Translations under genes and position numbers: made by a program
Notes under the pieces: model-generated
Seen by the model: the letters and a program-made list of their open reading frames with translations, nothing else
Databases searched by the model: none
What the model was told of the DNA's origin: nothing
DNA from: an uncultured virus (IMG/VR IMGVR_UViG_3300025138_000019)
Taxonomy: Duplodnaviria > Heunggongvirae > Uroviricota > Caudoviricetes
Length of the DNA stretch: 64,000 nt
Strand: one strand, 5' to 3'
IMG/VR virus record: IMGVR_UViG_3300025138_000019
Shown here: in pieces, positions 18,471 through 31,063 of the stretch
Layout: each line of letters opens with the position of its first letter
Position numbering within the stretch: the stretch's first letter is position 1

Positions 18471-19898
18471 TCAGGCGTTACCGTGAAGGTTCTGAACCGC
18501 AAAGATTCTGTAATACTGGTTTCCACCCAGAACATCGAGATCGGTGTTCTGTGCGAATGGGTTGGCTACCATTCCATATCGAGTCTTGAACCCGATCTTG
18601 GGCTGGAAGGTGTCTTCACCAACCGCACGCACCATCTGGAGTGGAACGTATGGGCAGTAGAAGAATCCAGCGTCATATGGACTGGTTCCTCTGTATCCAA
18701 CGGCGACATAATCTTGGAACGCCAGAACGTCTTCCGCAGCGGTAGTAGAGGTTGCCGCGTTCGAACCGGCTGCGTATGGATCGATGTAGACTCTCATCTT
18801 ACCATTGAGAACACCAGCGAAGGTGTTACCAGTGTCATCAACATCTAAGTTAGTGTTGAGGGCTGGTGAGATGTTAAGGAATCCACCCATTGCGAGAGCA
18901 CTTGCAACGTCAGCAGTTGTGACGATGAAGTTACCCTTACCACGTCGAGTTTCCTTAGCGATTCTGTTAGCTTCACGTTCAATCTGGAACATGAGACCAC
19001 GGAAACGTTCAGCACTCCAACGTCCATCGGAATCTGCTGCTAGGTTGTAGATACCAGCTTTACCTGCTGCGACACCGCTAAGATCTGACTGTGCTGCACC
19101 AAGTTTGGCAACGTTGTAGACAGTTCTAATAACTTCGCGGTTGATTTCACTAAGAATCTCAGTTGAGAGAATGTTAGCGAGTTCAGTCTCAGCGTCGAGT
19201 CCGTGGACAGCCTTGAGGTCCTGAGCGAGTTCAGTGCTGTATTCAGCCTTGAGTGCTCTGGTCTTAGCTTCTACGGCAATTCTCTCGATGCTGAATGCCA
19301 TCTGCTGGAACTTAGCTCCACCAGTAGTACCAAGCTGTTCAGCGTTGGTTGTGGTCATTGCACGGAAGTCAGTACTCATGAGAGTGTTGCGACCAAAGTT
19401 CTGGGAACCAGTACCACCGAATGGGTTAGCAGAAGCACCACTTGGGCCATTCACACTAACGTCGCCGATAGAACCGGAGAACTTGGACTGTGGCTCTTGG
19501 AATAGAGCTTCGGAACCAGTCTGGCTGTCGTAGCGAGATCTAAGTGCGAAGATCAATCCAGTGGGAGCAGTCATTGGCTGCACACCACAAACGTCGTATG
19601 CCATTAAGTTTGGCATAGCACGACGAACGAGACTGATTAGAATTGGATCGTAACCAGCAAGGTTACCTGCTGAAGCAGCAGCCTGAGTTACGCTAAAGCC
19701 ACCACCCATTGCATTGGTTGGTGCTGCTTCTGCGATCATCTGCTCTTTCATTGCTCTCTCTTGGTTTTCAAGGAGAACTGCGGTTACTTGCTTCTTGTGC
19801 TGGTCGCCAATATCTGGAAGAGCGTCATGCTCCAGTAGTGGAGACCACTTTTCACTTAATACATCATATGGTGTTTGGTCATCTTGGTGATAAAACAT
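18471..19898 (-). CDS. gp23: Major capsid protein
   Basis: LISLVRRAMPNL.AYDVCGVQPMT.PTG, RALKAEYSTELAQDLKAVHGLDAE, FQPKIGFKTRYG. Confidence 0.99.
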   Translation of the reverse strand: MFYHQDDQTPYDVLSEKWSPLLEHDALPDIGDQHKKQVTAVLLENQERAMKEQMIAEAAPTNAMGGGFSVTQAAASAGNLAGYDPILISLVRRAMPNLMAYDVCGVQPMTAPTGLIFALRSRYDSQTGSEALFQEPQSKFSGSIGDVSVNGPSGASANPFGGTGSQNFGRNTLMSTDFRAMTTTNAEQLGTTGGAKFQQMAFSIERIAVEAKTRALKAEYSTELAQDLKAVHGLDAETELANILSTEILSEINREVIRTVYNVAKLGAAQSDLSGVAAGKAGIYNLAADSDGRWSAERFRGLMFQIEREANRIAKETRRGKGNFIVTTADVASALAMGGFLNISPALNTNLDVDDTGNTFAGVLNGKMRVYIDPYAAGSNAATSTTAAEDVLAFQDYVAVGYRGTSPYDAGFFYCPYVPLQMVRAVGEDTFQPKIGFKTRYGMVANPFAQNTDLDVLGGNQYYRIFAVQNLHGNA

Positions 19899-19916
19899 TT
19901 ATTAGGCTCCTGTGGA

Positions 19917-20993
19917 TTATTTCTTGTTCCGGTTTTCAAAATTGAGTCTGCTAAGATAGCCTTCCATAAGAGTATTTGATACTGCTTCTGGGGACCCTGA
20001 TGCACGCCTAGCAGTGCGTGTGTCAACTTCTTCGACCAGATCATCGTTTGACGACTGAGTGTCTTTGAAGTATGTTTCTTTGATAATTTCAAGCTTTCTC
20101 TTGAACTGTTCTGTTGATTCAAACTCAACACCCTCAGCAAGAGTAGCAAACTTTTCGATTTGAGTGTCAACTAAATCGTTAGAAACGTCCATGAAAATTT
20201 CAGAAGCTTTTTGTTCTGAAAGATTTCTAGATAATTCGAGATTCTTTTCGATTTGTGAGTTGAGTTCTTTCTTGAGATCTTCATTCGATTCGAATAACTC
20301 ATCAACGACGTTATACTTTTCGTCTGGGATGTCAATGTAGTGATTTTCAAAAAGATCTTTTAGACCCACTAAGAAAGATTCTGCGATATCAGACTTGATA
20401 CCTCTTTCCAGAGCCAACTCATTATTATTCATCCACTCTGAAATTACATACTCAAGGTATTCGTCTAATTTCTCAGTGAGTTCAACGATGGTTGTCTCTA
20501 GGGTAGTTTCAAGGAGTTCTTTATATTCTACATTAAGAGATTCTTGAATTGAAGATACTCTCTCATTAATAGCAGCTTCAAAGACAACTGTTGCTTTCTC
20601 TTTGAAGTCTTCACTTAATTGTTCACCACTAAAGAGATTATTGAGATGTTCGGACACTGTCTTTGCATCTCGATCTGGATCTGGAGTATCGATGGTTTGA
20701 GTTTCATCTTTACCTTGCCCACCAGCAGCTTGTCCTTTAGCTGCGATAGATTTTTTATTAGCCTTATCCTTTCCTTCGGTTCCTTTATCTGTATCAATTT
20801 TTGCACCTTTACCCGATGCATCCTGATATAGATTAGTATCTTCGGAAGAAGAAGGATCTAGTGTTTTAACACCAGCAGAGGCTTCAAAGAGGTCTTTGGC
20901 CATCTTTGATTTGACTCTTTCTTTTAGTTCAGAAATCAAGGTAGTGTCCTTGAGTTCTTCATTTTCGTTTACAACAGTTTCTGTAGTAGCCAT
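19917..20993 (-). CDS. gp22: Prohead core scaffold protein
   Basis: LSEDFKEKATVVFEAA, YLEYV..EWM..N.LA.E.G, F.RKLE.IKETYF. Confidence 0.93.
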   Translation of the reverse strand: MATTETVVNENEELKDTTLISELKERVKSKMAKDLFEASAGVKTLDPSSSEDTNLYQDASGKGAKIDTDKGTEGKDKANKKSIAAKGQAAGGQGKDETQTIDTPDPDRDAKTVSEHLNNLFSGEQLSEDFKEKATVVFEAAINERVSSIQESLNVEYKELLETTLETTIVELTEKLDEYLEYVISEWMNNNELALERGIKSDIAESFLVGLKDLFENHYIDIPDEKYNVVDELFESNEDLKKELNSQIEKNLELSRNLSEQKASEIFMDVSNDLVDTQIEKFATLAEGVEFESTEQFKRKLEIIKETYFKDTQSSNDDLVEEVDTRTARRASGSPEAVSNTLMEGYLSRLNFENRNKK

Positions 20994-21040
20994 TTACTTG
21001 CTCCTTGAGTACCAAGCACTTTATGCCTATGTATCACCTT

Positions 21041-21048
21041 TATTTATA
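21041..21048 (-). promoter_or_regulatory. T4 late promoter TATAAATA (gp22-gp23)
   Basis: Exact consensus in the gp21-gp22 intergenic region. Confidence 0.8.
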
Positions 21049-21052
21049 TAAA

Positions 21053-21700
21053 TTATATTTTAGATAAGAAATCTTCGAACAACTTTATTGCTTTTTCTTC
21101 TAGCTCTTGCTTTGATGCGTTTTTCATTTCTTTGTGATAAAAATCCATCTGTTTTTCTATCAGAAGACCATTATCCCAAATCCATTCTTTACCTTCCATG
21201 ATCCCGTTGACAAAAGCATTTGGTGCAGATGGGTCTGCAACAATATCAACGGCAGCTAAAAGATAGTCATCTTGAACTTCATTAATTCCATTTACAGTTT
21301 TGAGTGATCCCATACCTCTAGAAGAAACACCGAGTTGAGCACCACCATCGATTAGATTTTGTACAATCTTACCCATGGGTGTATCTAAAACTTTTGCTCT
21401 ACCAACGATATCATTTCCTTCAACTGCCAAATCTTTAATGATGTGGGAAGCTCTATCAAGATTTACAGTGGGTCCTTGGGGGTGGTTTAATTCACCCAAA
21501 GCTCTGTTCTTCTTGACATGACTCTCACAATAAGCGGAAACTTTAGGTCCTAAAACTCCAATAGGATAAACTCTCCCATTTCTATTCTTTTCTTCTGCTT
21601 GCATGAATACACCTTTGAGCCAGTAATCTTTTTTACCAGACTCATCGGTCTTCTCTACAATCATTTCAATGTTTTCTGTCGTTTCCGTTATTAGTTTCAT
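21053..21700 (-). CDS. gp21: Prohead protease
   Basis: MKLITE, NRNGRVYP, ALGELNHP, GVSSRGMGSL, DIVADPSAP. Confidence 0.97.
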   Translation of the reverse strand: MKLITETTENIEMIVEKTDESGKKDYWLKGVFMQAEEKNRNGRVYPIGVLGPKVSAYCESHVKKNRALGELNHPQGPTVNLDRASHIIKDLAVEGNDIVGRAKVLDTPMGKIVQNLIDGGAQLGVSSRGMGSLKTVNGINEVQDDYLLAAVDIVADPSAPNAFVNGIMEGKEWIWDNGLLIEKQMDFYHKEMKNASKQELEEKAIKLFEDFLSKI

Positions 21701-21722
21701 TTGTTTTCTCCTGAAGGGGTAT

Positions 21723-22331
21723 TCAGTATGATGCGCCGCCGACTTTTTTACCTACAGAGGCTTTTGCTTTTTTTGCAATCTTTGTAGATTTTTCGTTTGC
21801 TTCGTCGGTTCCCCCAATTTCGGGAGCTTTGGTTTTTGATGCAGGATCGTCAACTGTTTCCATAGGATCATGTGGAGCAGCATTTGGTTTTAGTTTACCA
21901 GTATCTGCTTCTTCGTTTGTTTGCTTCTTGACTTTCTTATTTCTAGAAATTAAAGCCTTCGCAATGTTTTCTCTTCTTTTGGATAGGTACTCATCAGATT
22001 CATCAGCGTCCCCATCGTTATCGATATCTTCATCTTCTTTACCAACAGGATCTAGCTTCTTCTTCTTAGCCTTCTTCTCGTCAATATCCACGTCATCATC
22101 TTTTTTCTCCTCAAATACTTCAGGAGCGACACCAGAATATCTTTCTTCTAATTTATCATTGATCTTACTATAGAGAGCTTTTTCAATTTCCTTTTTAGCG
22201 GAAATTAAATCTTCATCGATTAGACTTTCTATAATCTTATACATGGTATCTTCTTTAGCCATTTTTGCTTTTTTGGCTTTTTCTTTACCCTCTTTGGTAT
22301 ATGGGTATTTTTTACCGTCTACTTCTGGCAT
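21723..22331 (-). CDS. Prohead core protein-like (gp67/gp68 position), highly charged
   Basis: Lies between gp20 and gp21; K/E-rich; contains LDPVGKEDEDIDNDGD..SDEYL.KRR. Confidence 0.65.
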   Translation of the reverse strand: MPEVDGKKYPYTKEGKEKAKKAKMAKEDTMYKIIESLIDEDLISAKKEIEKALYSKINDKLEERYSGVAPEVFEEKKDDDVDIDEKKAKKKKLDPVGKEDEDIDNDGDADESDEYLSKRRENIAKALISRNKKVKKQTNEEADTGKLKPNAAPHDPMETVDDPASKTKAPEIGGTDEANEKSTKIAKKAKASVGKKVGGASY

Positions 22332-22334
22332 TAT

Positions 22335-22754
22335 TTATCCTCCTCGGTGTTTTACTTTTGAAAATTCTACAAAATGATCATATGAATCTTTCGACTCAAC
22401 AAGACTAGTTCTAAACTTATTTTGATTATCTAAGTTTAGATTATCATGAATGTAGATTAAATCTTTCGCTTGATCTGGATTTAAGCTAACAGTGCTTTTA
22501 TCCAAAAGATCAATATGAACAGAAGAATTAGAATCTATGCACTCTTTTAAATATGGAATTATCTTATGGGAGATATCTTCTTCACTTAAATCTTTGTTTA
22601 CTACATCAGAAAAATTCAAAACTTGAGATTTGTTTTTAATATCTTCAAATTTTAATCTGATCCTATTAGATAATTCTTTCTTGAAGTTATCAAGAAATGA
22701 ATCCTTATCTTCATAAAGAGCAGATAAAACTATATTTCTCATATATTCTGACAT
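22335..22754 (-). CDS. Putative prohead core protein (gp67/gp68-like)
   Basis: Directly after the portal gene; helical pattern L...NQ.KF...L. Confidence 0.55.
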   Translation of the reverse strand: MSEYMRNIVLSALYEDKDSFLDNFKKELSNRIRLKFEDIKNKSQVLNFSDVVNKDLSEEDISHKIIPYLKECIDSNSSVHIDLLDKSTVSLNPDQAKDLIYIHDNLNLDNQNKFRTSLVESKDSYDHFVEFSKVKHRGG

Positions 22755-22755
22755 C

Positions 22756-24291
22756 TTAGACCTCTGGTTGATCAGTTTCCTCTGGTTCAGGATTCTGTTC
22801 TGTTTCTTTATTAATCTGTGAATCTATACGCAATATTGTTTCATCGTCTTGATGAAGAACATGCCTTCTTATATATTCTTCTGAGAAGTACTTACCAACA
22901 TATGGTTCAGTTGAACCTATAAGTTCTAATCTTTCTCTTAAAATTTCTGTTTCTCTTAGTTCTGCAAAGTAAGAATCTTCATTGTATTGAAAATTAATGT
23001 CATGTTTAATCTGTTCCCAGTCATCCTGTGTGATGACTCCCTTTAACAGTAACTGAGTTCTAAGAAGATCAGTGAACAAGTTCACGAATCGTGATCTCAG
23101 TCTTTGAACAAACTTATAAAATTTAACTTCGTCTCTAGTTATTTCAGCAGATCTTCCCATATTGAATCCGTTGTCACTCTCTAGACGAGATAGAGGAACG
23201 TTCAACGCTCGGAATAGTTTTCTTTGTAGGTATTCTACATCTGCCATTTCACCCAAGTTTTGTCCACCATCAAGAGTAGAAATTTCGGTTCCTCTGCCAC
23301 CCTCACGACGAGGAAGCCAGTAATCTTCAAGCATGTGAAGATGATCTTTATTGTCTCGGATAGCACCTGTAGTTTGATCATAAACCAATTTGTTTCTATA
23401 TCGGTTCATCAACTCTTTTACATACTGCTCCGCTTTTTGCTTTGGTAAACTACCAACGTCAATGTAAAAGATTCTTCTTTCTGGTGCTCTGGATATTCTG
23501 TAGATAACTACAGCATCTTCAATTTGTCTGAGCATGTTTACAGGACGAATTGCTTTCTGTAAATATCCGACTACCTTTTTAGTGCTGCTGTCAACGACAC
23601 CACTGTGGATATAACAAATTGAATCAGGTGAAATTTTCACGCCGGTTGCACTTGTTGTATATGGTGTCTCTTTATCTGTATTGGTATAAACGAAAAACTC
23701 TTCTGTGTCGGTGACTATTGGATATGAAATGTTTTTTACCTGAAGAGGTTTTTTGTTAACTTTTCTTATCTTTTTAATCTTGACGGGATCGATAGGTCTA
23801 AGTTCTTTAATCCCTGATTTTGGATTTTCTTTATCTACGATAACATGAAAGAAAAGTTTTCCATCAACATACCATCTTCTGAAAATTTCATATGACTTAT
23901 TCGAAAAGTCCAACAGTTTAGAAATCTCCACGAATTCTTGGTGGATTTTTCCTTTTATATTTTCAGATAAGTCTGTATTTTCTAGATTCAATTTAACTGG
24001 CTTCTTATCAGTTCCTTGAATTATAGAATCATTTACAATATCCTCAATCGCCATATCCACTTCTGGGTATAGTGAAATGGATCTGTAAGTCGCAAGCAAC
24101 TGGTTTTCGTCACGAAATTCACCGCTGAAGTTGACATAAGACCCCATGAAACCGCCACCGGGGCCTGTCTCCATCAACTGACTGCCGTCATACTCATCGG
24201 GAGAAACGAAGGATTCTTGACGGAGATTTTGTAAAATCTCCTCTTCCTTCGGCTTCTTCCCTATGGTAAATCCAAATAAATCAAACGCCAT
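22756..24291 (-). CDS. gp20: Portal protein
   Basis: FRRWYVDG, IEDAVVIYRISRAPERRIFYIDVG, EDYWLPRREGGRGTEI. Confidence 0.98.
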   Translation of the reverse strand: MAFDLFGFTIGKKPKEEEILQNLRQESFVSPDEYDGSQLMETGPGGGFMGSYVNFSGEFRDENQLLATYRSISLYPEVDMAIEDIVNDSIIQGTDKKPVKLNLENTDLSENIKGKIHQEFVEISKLLDFSNKSYEIFRRWYVDGKLFFHVIVDKENPKSGIKELRPIDPVKIKKIRKVNKKPLQVKNISYPIVTDTEEFFVYTNTDKETPYTTSATGVKISPDSICYIHSGVVDSSTKKVVGYLQKAIRPVNMLRQIEDAVVIYRISRAPERRIFYIDVGSLPKQKAEQYVKELMNRYRNKLVYDQTTGAIRDNKDHLHMLEDYWLPRREGGRGTEISTLDGGQNLGEMADVEYLQRKLFRALNVPLSRLESDNGFNMGRSAEITRDEVKFYKFVQRLRSRFVNLFTDLLRTQLLLKGVITQDDWEQIKHDINFQYNEDSYFAELRETEILRERLELIGSTEPYVGKYFSEEYIRRHVLHQDDETILRIDSQINKETEQNPEPEETDQPEV

Positions 24292-24313
24292 AATATATCT
24301 CCTATTAAATCAA

Positions 24314-24895
24314 TTAGGCTATTTCACCGGGTGCTGCTGCTACTGTACCAGCCGGTGGTGCTCCACCAGAATTGGTAGCTTGCAACTCAAAGTTTTCATA
24401 TTCAACTGTGCAACTAAATTCTACTAGCTGATCAGTAACTCCTGCGTTAAGCTCGACTGGACCTACGCTCGATGGCCAACAATGCTTCAATGTCATTATT
24501 TTGATTGGATTTGATCCATCATTAGCTAGGTGTTCTACTGTCCAATCTGGGAAGTTTGTCGCGTCATTTTGATCAAGAGCACCATAGTTGTTGGTAGCAT
24601 GGTTGTTGATCGCGTTACTCCAGTTATGTAGTCCCTGCCAGACACCACCAGCGCCACCTTCATCGATGACGGTGAATGTCCAAGGAGCATAAACTCTATC
24701 GCCGGGGACTTTGAGAATACGTCCACGGAACCCAACTGGAATTGGTGTGATATCAGAAGACGGTAAACTTGCCGCCCTACACAGAACCGTGTTTACCTGA
24801 CCAACTCCACCGGGAAATGGTAATGTAACTCGGAATCTGTTTGGACGAGTACCGCCTTTAAACTGACCTTTAAATGTTGATAATCTGTTTGGCAT
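24314..24895 (-). CDS. gp19: Tail tube protein
   Basis: GGTRPNRFRV, AASLP.S...PI.V.FRGR.LKVPGDR, WP..VG..EL. Confidence 0.95.
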   Translation of the reverse strand: MPNRLSTFKGQFKGGTRPNRFRVTLPFPGGVGQVNTVLCRAASLPSSDITPIPVGFRGRILKVPGDRVYAPWTFTVIDEGGAGGVWQGLHNWSNAINNHATNNYGALDQNDATNFPDWTVEHLANDGSNPIKIMTLKHCWPSSVGPVELNAGVTDQLVEFSCTVEYENFELQATNSGGAPPAGTVAAAPGEIA

Positions 24896-24908
24896 TAGTG
24901 TTCTCTCC

Positions 24909-24916
24909 TATTTATC
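24909..24916 (-). promoter_or_regulatory. Late promoter variant GATAAATA (gp19)
   Basis: One mismatch to TATAAATA, just upstream of the gp19 RBS. Confidence 0.5.
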
Positions 24917-26333
24917 AAAGAACGTCGGCGGTATTTTTGTTGGTGAATCTAAGTTTAACGAAGTTGATGCTCTTAGCTGGCTTCAGATATACATCTGCAA
25001 CAAACTCGTTTGCATCGACAACCGCAGGTGGGTTGTTAGTTTCATCACAAACTATCCTATACTCAGTCAATCCTCTTTGTGCCTGAACATTATTCAGTAC
25101 TGAGTTTGCAGCAGTAACGAATCCGGCTCTAGTCACAGTATCGTTTAGCTCGAAGAGGATACCTCTAGCAGCTCTACCTAATACTTTCTTGAGGTAGATA
25201 AACAATCTAACAACATTAATTCTACTTAATGATGATGTTGCTGCTCCTCCTGTTTTATCTCCGAAAAGAATAGTACCTTCACCGGGGAATGTTAGAACAA
25301 CATTAATCTTTTTATCATACATGGTGTCTGCATCGCTACTGGTTGGGTTATCAACTAGACGAAGACTGTTGACAATTCTACCCCTTCTTGTTCCAGCAGG
25401 TGAGAACCAAGGCGCGAAATCTCTATCTGTTCTTGACATACAACCTGCAACATCTGCGATGAGCGGAGTCTGTATGGTTCCTTGATCCTCTTCGTTTGTA
25501 CCGAACGCTAAGAAAGCCTTCTTACCATAAACGGTAACTGAGTATTCATCAGGACCAATGTTTTTGGTAGAAGTACCAGTTCTGTCGGTATATTCATACA
25601 AACCAATGTGATCATATCTTCTTAGAGCACCAACGGAAGCTACGTATGTACCCTGTGCAGCAGATGCACCACGAACACACATAACTGCGTCGATATCAAT
25701 TAGAGATTGATCTCTGAATGGACCCGATGTTATACCAAATCCAACATATCCGAGAACAGCTTCTCCACCATACTGCAAGAAGTTGTGGACGGTCCACCAT
25801 CCATCCTGCCACGCTCCAGTTGGTCCGTTCGGCCATCTACCAGTCCCGTCTGGACCCAGAGTTCCCTCTGCTACCAGAAGATCTGTTAGAGCGTCACTTC
25901 CGTCATCACCGCCTGGGAGGAGGTGCGAGGCGAGTGTTTTATTTGGGTTAGGATCTTCGCTTAGAATAGGAATGTTAGGTCTACTTGAAATTCCTGTTCT
26001 CAAAGAACCAGTTTCAGTACCACTCTTGTTTGCCGGACCCTTACCAGCGACTCCAAAGTCCACTCCGGGGGCAGGGAAAGTGTTGGTTCCGAATGCGGGA
26101 TTTGCATTTCTCTGTAGAAGTCTACCCCACCAGTCATTTAAGTCTCGTACTTGGAGATAGCCTCTGTTATATTCGAATGTGGTTCCGATCGCAGCAATTA
26201 AGTCTTGAGTAGAACCCCTAAGATCGGATTCAACGATAAAACCACATCTAAATGGTGCGCTTGCTTCTGAATCAGAAATTAAAAATGACTCATCATCGAT
26301 CTGTATGGTAACTTTTGGTTGTCCTGTTGGCAT
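24915..26333 (-). CDS. gp18: Tail sheath protein (short form)
   Basis: PWFSPAG..RG, GDKT, RINVVRLF, FELND, CDETNN, KPAKSINFV.L.F. Confidence 0.93.
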   Translation of the reverse strand: MPTGQPKVTIQIDDESFLISDSEASAPFRCGFIVESDLRGSTQDLIAAIGTTFEYNRGYLQVRDLNDWWGRLLQRNANPAFGTNTFPAPGVDFGVAGKGPANKSGTETGSLRTGISSRPNIPILSEDPNPNKTLASHLLPGGDDGSDALTDLLVAEGTLGPDGTGRWPNGPTGAWQDGWWTVHNFLQYGGEAVLGYVGFGITSGPFRDQSLIDIDAVMCVRGASAAQGTYVASVGALRRYDHIGLYEYTDRTGTSTKNIGPDEYSVTVYGKKAFLAFGTNEEDQGTIQTPLIADVAGCMSRTDRDFAPWFSPAGTRRGRIVNSLRLVDNPTSSDADTMYDKKINVVLTFPGEGTILFGDKTGGAATSSLSRINVVRLFIYLKKVLGRAARGILFELNDTVTRAGFVTAANSVLNNVQAQRGLTEYRIVCDETNNPPAVVDANEFVADVYLKPAKSINFVKLRFTNKNTADVL

Positions 26334-26382
26334 TATTTTAATTCCCTTGATTGTTTGCTCATAGCAATAGAGATTTCAGTAC

Positions 26383-26390
26383 TATTTATC
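26383..26390 (-). promoter_or_regulatory. Late promoter variant GATAAATA (gp18)
   Basis: Lies in the gp17-gp18 intergenic region, where T4-like phages carry a late promoter. Confidence 0.6.
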
Positions 26391-26408
26391 ATTTTGTGAT
26401 TTTCCGAA

Positions 26409-28534
<2,126 letters not shown>

Positions 28535-28545
<11 letters not shown>

Positions 28546-29275
28546 AAATTATAGGTCCTCTGCTATAGTCAGCGGTTGATCCAGTTACCTCTGCACGAAC
28601 TATGAAATCTGCAATATCTGATGTAGCACCAACTATATCAAACATGTTTACGTTGGATTTTACAATGATCTTACCTTCATCTATTCGTTGATATATCGAT
28701 GTTTTACAAGTGAATGTCAAGGTAGAAATTATAGCTCTTCTTGTAGAAAAATCACCTTCATATTCTTCTTGCATCGATACATCATTAAGAACTATGGGAA
28801 CATCCAAACTTTCGTTTAGTTCATTTAATTTTATAGAAACTATAAACTCTGGACTAAAATATGGAACAATTTGTTCTACAATTTGTAAATTATCGTCGAT
28901 GTTTCTAGTAAACACATATAGATTAAATGACAAGTTGAAAGGAGACTCAGAGAAAGAACTAAAACTATTTTTTCCCGGCTCTCTTTTTATTATCTTATTT
29001 AACTTATTTATTTTTCTGGAAGCATCATACTGAATACCTGTCATATCAAAACCAAGTCTAGGAAGGGTTATCATATTTTTTGGTGGATCTGTTATGCTAC
29101 TCTGTTCTTCCAACCGTCTAATAAACTTTTCTTTAGGTCCATAAGTTAGGGGAACTCTGATTCTTTGAACTTCGTCACCATTCTTATCTTTTCTGGCGAT
29201 ATGAATATCGTTAAAAAGAGAACCAAACCCAACCACTATTTTACGAATTGATTCGTTATAGAAATATCTAAACAT
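28535..29275 (-). CDS. gp15: Tail terminator / sheath stabiliser
   Basis: YFYNESIRK.VVGFG.LFN, VPLTYGPKEKF, QIVEQIVPYF.P. Confidence 0.95.
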
Positions 29276-30207
29276 TATAGGTTACCCTCAGAGAATGGAT
29301 CAATTTCAGTAAAGTCAAATATGTCTTCTAAATCTGCTTGTATTTCAATCCCCAACCCATCACCAGCAATACCGTTTGAAGAGTTATCTTTCTCTATCGT
29401 TACGTTGGTAGAGCCTAAGTATTGAATCTTTCTAGTAACTCCACTAGAAACGCCTATTAGGTATTCGCCAGCATCCACTCGTATTCCACCTGCTGTAGAA
29501 CCAATAAGGATCTTGTTATTAAATGCATTCCAATCATATACAACTCCTGTACCACTAGCGTTAAATATACCACCACCAGAGCCTCCTATCTGAGTTGGTT
29601 GATATATCGTCTCACCCAACTGATACGATCCTCCTGATGGACCAGCTTCAGTATTATCCATGTAAGCTTCGAATGCAAAATCTTTTCTGTCAGTTTCTAG
29701 TTTATCTATGTCACTGACACCAGTTTCAAACTCTTCATGTGAGTAAGTGAACAGATCACAATCAAGTGCGTATGTGTAGAGTTTTCCTAATTGATAAAAC
29801 GGATTCTCGTGTTCGACAAAATTAATTTCAAATATACCACCACTGAGAGGAAAATAAATTAAATCTCCTTCTTTGGGTCTCTCTATACTGACATCTTGTG
29901 TTGAGACTTCTTGTTCGAATCTTTTTCTTGATATTAAAAGACGAACCTTATCCCGTACCTCAACTCCAAACTTACTAATAATATCTCCTTCACCCTCAAA
30001 TCCATCTATGGATAGAATATACATTTCAAATTCATATGCATTTCTGAACACGTTAGTTGGATCTTCACCGAACAGATCGTCTTTATTTACTTTAGATCTG
30101 GGGATATAATACATGTCCCTACCCATCGATTTGATTGTTTCGATAGTTAGGTCTTCAATGAGCGTCTGCTCATTATTATTATCTTTGAAGAATGGATTTT
30201 GTGCCAT
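29275..30207 (-). CDS. gp14: Neck protein
   Basis: NPFF, G.D.YYIPR, RPKEGDLIYFP, PFYQLGK, DF.E.DPFSE. Confidence 0.95.
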   Translation of the reverse strand: MAQNPFFKDNNNEQTLIEDLTIETIKSMGRDMYYIPRSKVNKDDLFGEDPTNVFRNAYEFEMYILSIDGFEGEGDIISKFGVEVRDKVRLLISRKRFEQEVSTQDVSIERPKEGDLIYFPLSGGIFEINFVEHENPFYQLGKLYTYALDCDLFTYSHEEFETGVSDIDKLETDRKDFAFEAYMDNTEAGPSGGSYQLGETIYQPTQIGGSGGGIFNASGTGVVYDWNAFNNKILIGSTAGGIRVDAGEYLIGVSSGVTRKIQYLGSTNVTIEKDNSSNGIAGDGLGIEIQADLEDIFDFTEIDPFSEGNL

Positions 30208-30210
30208 TTA

Positions 30211-31017
30211 CTACCCTGTGTAAAAATCAACCGGAAGTTCGTACTCTGATCTAACCTCTACTTCTATCCGATCTATTTCTTCTTGTGCTTCTCTCATGAT
30301 CTCACCACCACGGAGAGAAACTCCGCCTGGTAACTGGACACCATCATATTTTGATAAATTTGAACCCCACTGTCTTTTTATAAGAGCGGTTGTATATTTT
30401 TTAAGCAAACGATCATCAAATATTTCTGTGAACGTAATTGGGTTTAACTTAACATATGTTTGTATGATTAAGAACATACCAGACTTCATTTCAGCTTCCC
30501 AATTTGTATCAATGTGAAGTCTATTTGTTACTTTGTTAAATCTAACCGCCTTTTCTGGTTGGAACATATCTTCGATTAGATTGATGTATCGTTTAGTGCT
30601 GTCATATGAAGCAAGTCCTTGCGACACAGCACCAACTAAACCTCTATTGATACCAAAGTAATCAGATAGGGCCAATTGATATCTTACATCAAACATGTTG
30701 ATGTTTGCAAATTGTCCGAATTGAAATACTTTGGTTACAGTGACAATATCGCGTCCTGTTGGACCGTCCCCAGTTGGACCGTTAACAGCACCCATTGAAT
30801 TTGTATCGATATACTTGTTTGCTATATCTTCGTCCGTAACTTGATAGGCAAAGAAAGCTTTTTCTACGCCATCAAAATGTCGTTCAGCAAATAGCTGCAA
30901 AGCATCGTCCACACGATCCTCTGCTTGTTGCCAATCTACATTAATTTCTATTACAGGTGAACCTAATCGCCTAAAAGAATAATCAATTAAAGTTTCTCTT
31001 GAATTTGGAGCAGCCAT
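30211..31017 (-). CDS. gp13: Neck protein
   Basis: LG.PVIEINVD, HFDG, IKRQWGSNLSKY.GVQLPGGV. Confidence 0.96.
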   Translation of the reverse strand: MAAPNSRETLIDYSFRRLGSPVIEINVDWQQAEDRVDDALQLFAERHFDGVEKAFFAYQVTDEDIANKYIDTNSMGAVNGPTGDGPTGRDIVTVTKVFQFGQFANINMFDVRYQLALSDYFGINRGLVGAVSQGLASYDSTKRYINLIEDMFQPEKAVRFNKVTNRLHIDTNWEAEMKSGMFLIIQTYVKLNPITFTEIFDDRLLKKYTTALIKRQWGSNLSKYDGVQLPGGVSLRGGEIMREAQEEIDRIEVEVRSEYELPVDFYTG

Positions 31018-31036
31018 ATACAGACCTCCTCTGGTC

Positions 31037-31044
31037 TATTTATA
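31037..31044 (-). promoter_or_regulatory. T4 late promoter TATAAATA (gp13 operon)
   Basis: Exact consensus upstream of a GGAGG RBS. Confidence 0.8.
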
Positions 31045-31063
31045 TATGGTTTATCTCCAGATC

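Noticed and set aside
22332..22339. GATAAATA late-promoter-like box before 21723..22331
   Set aside because: It abuts the start codon and overlaps the upstream stop and RBS spacer, so it is probably coincidental.
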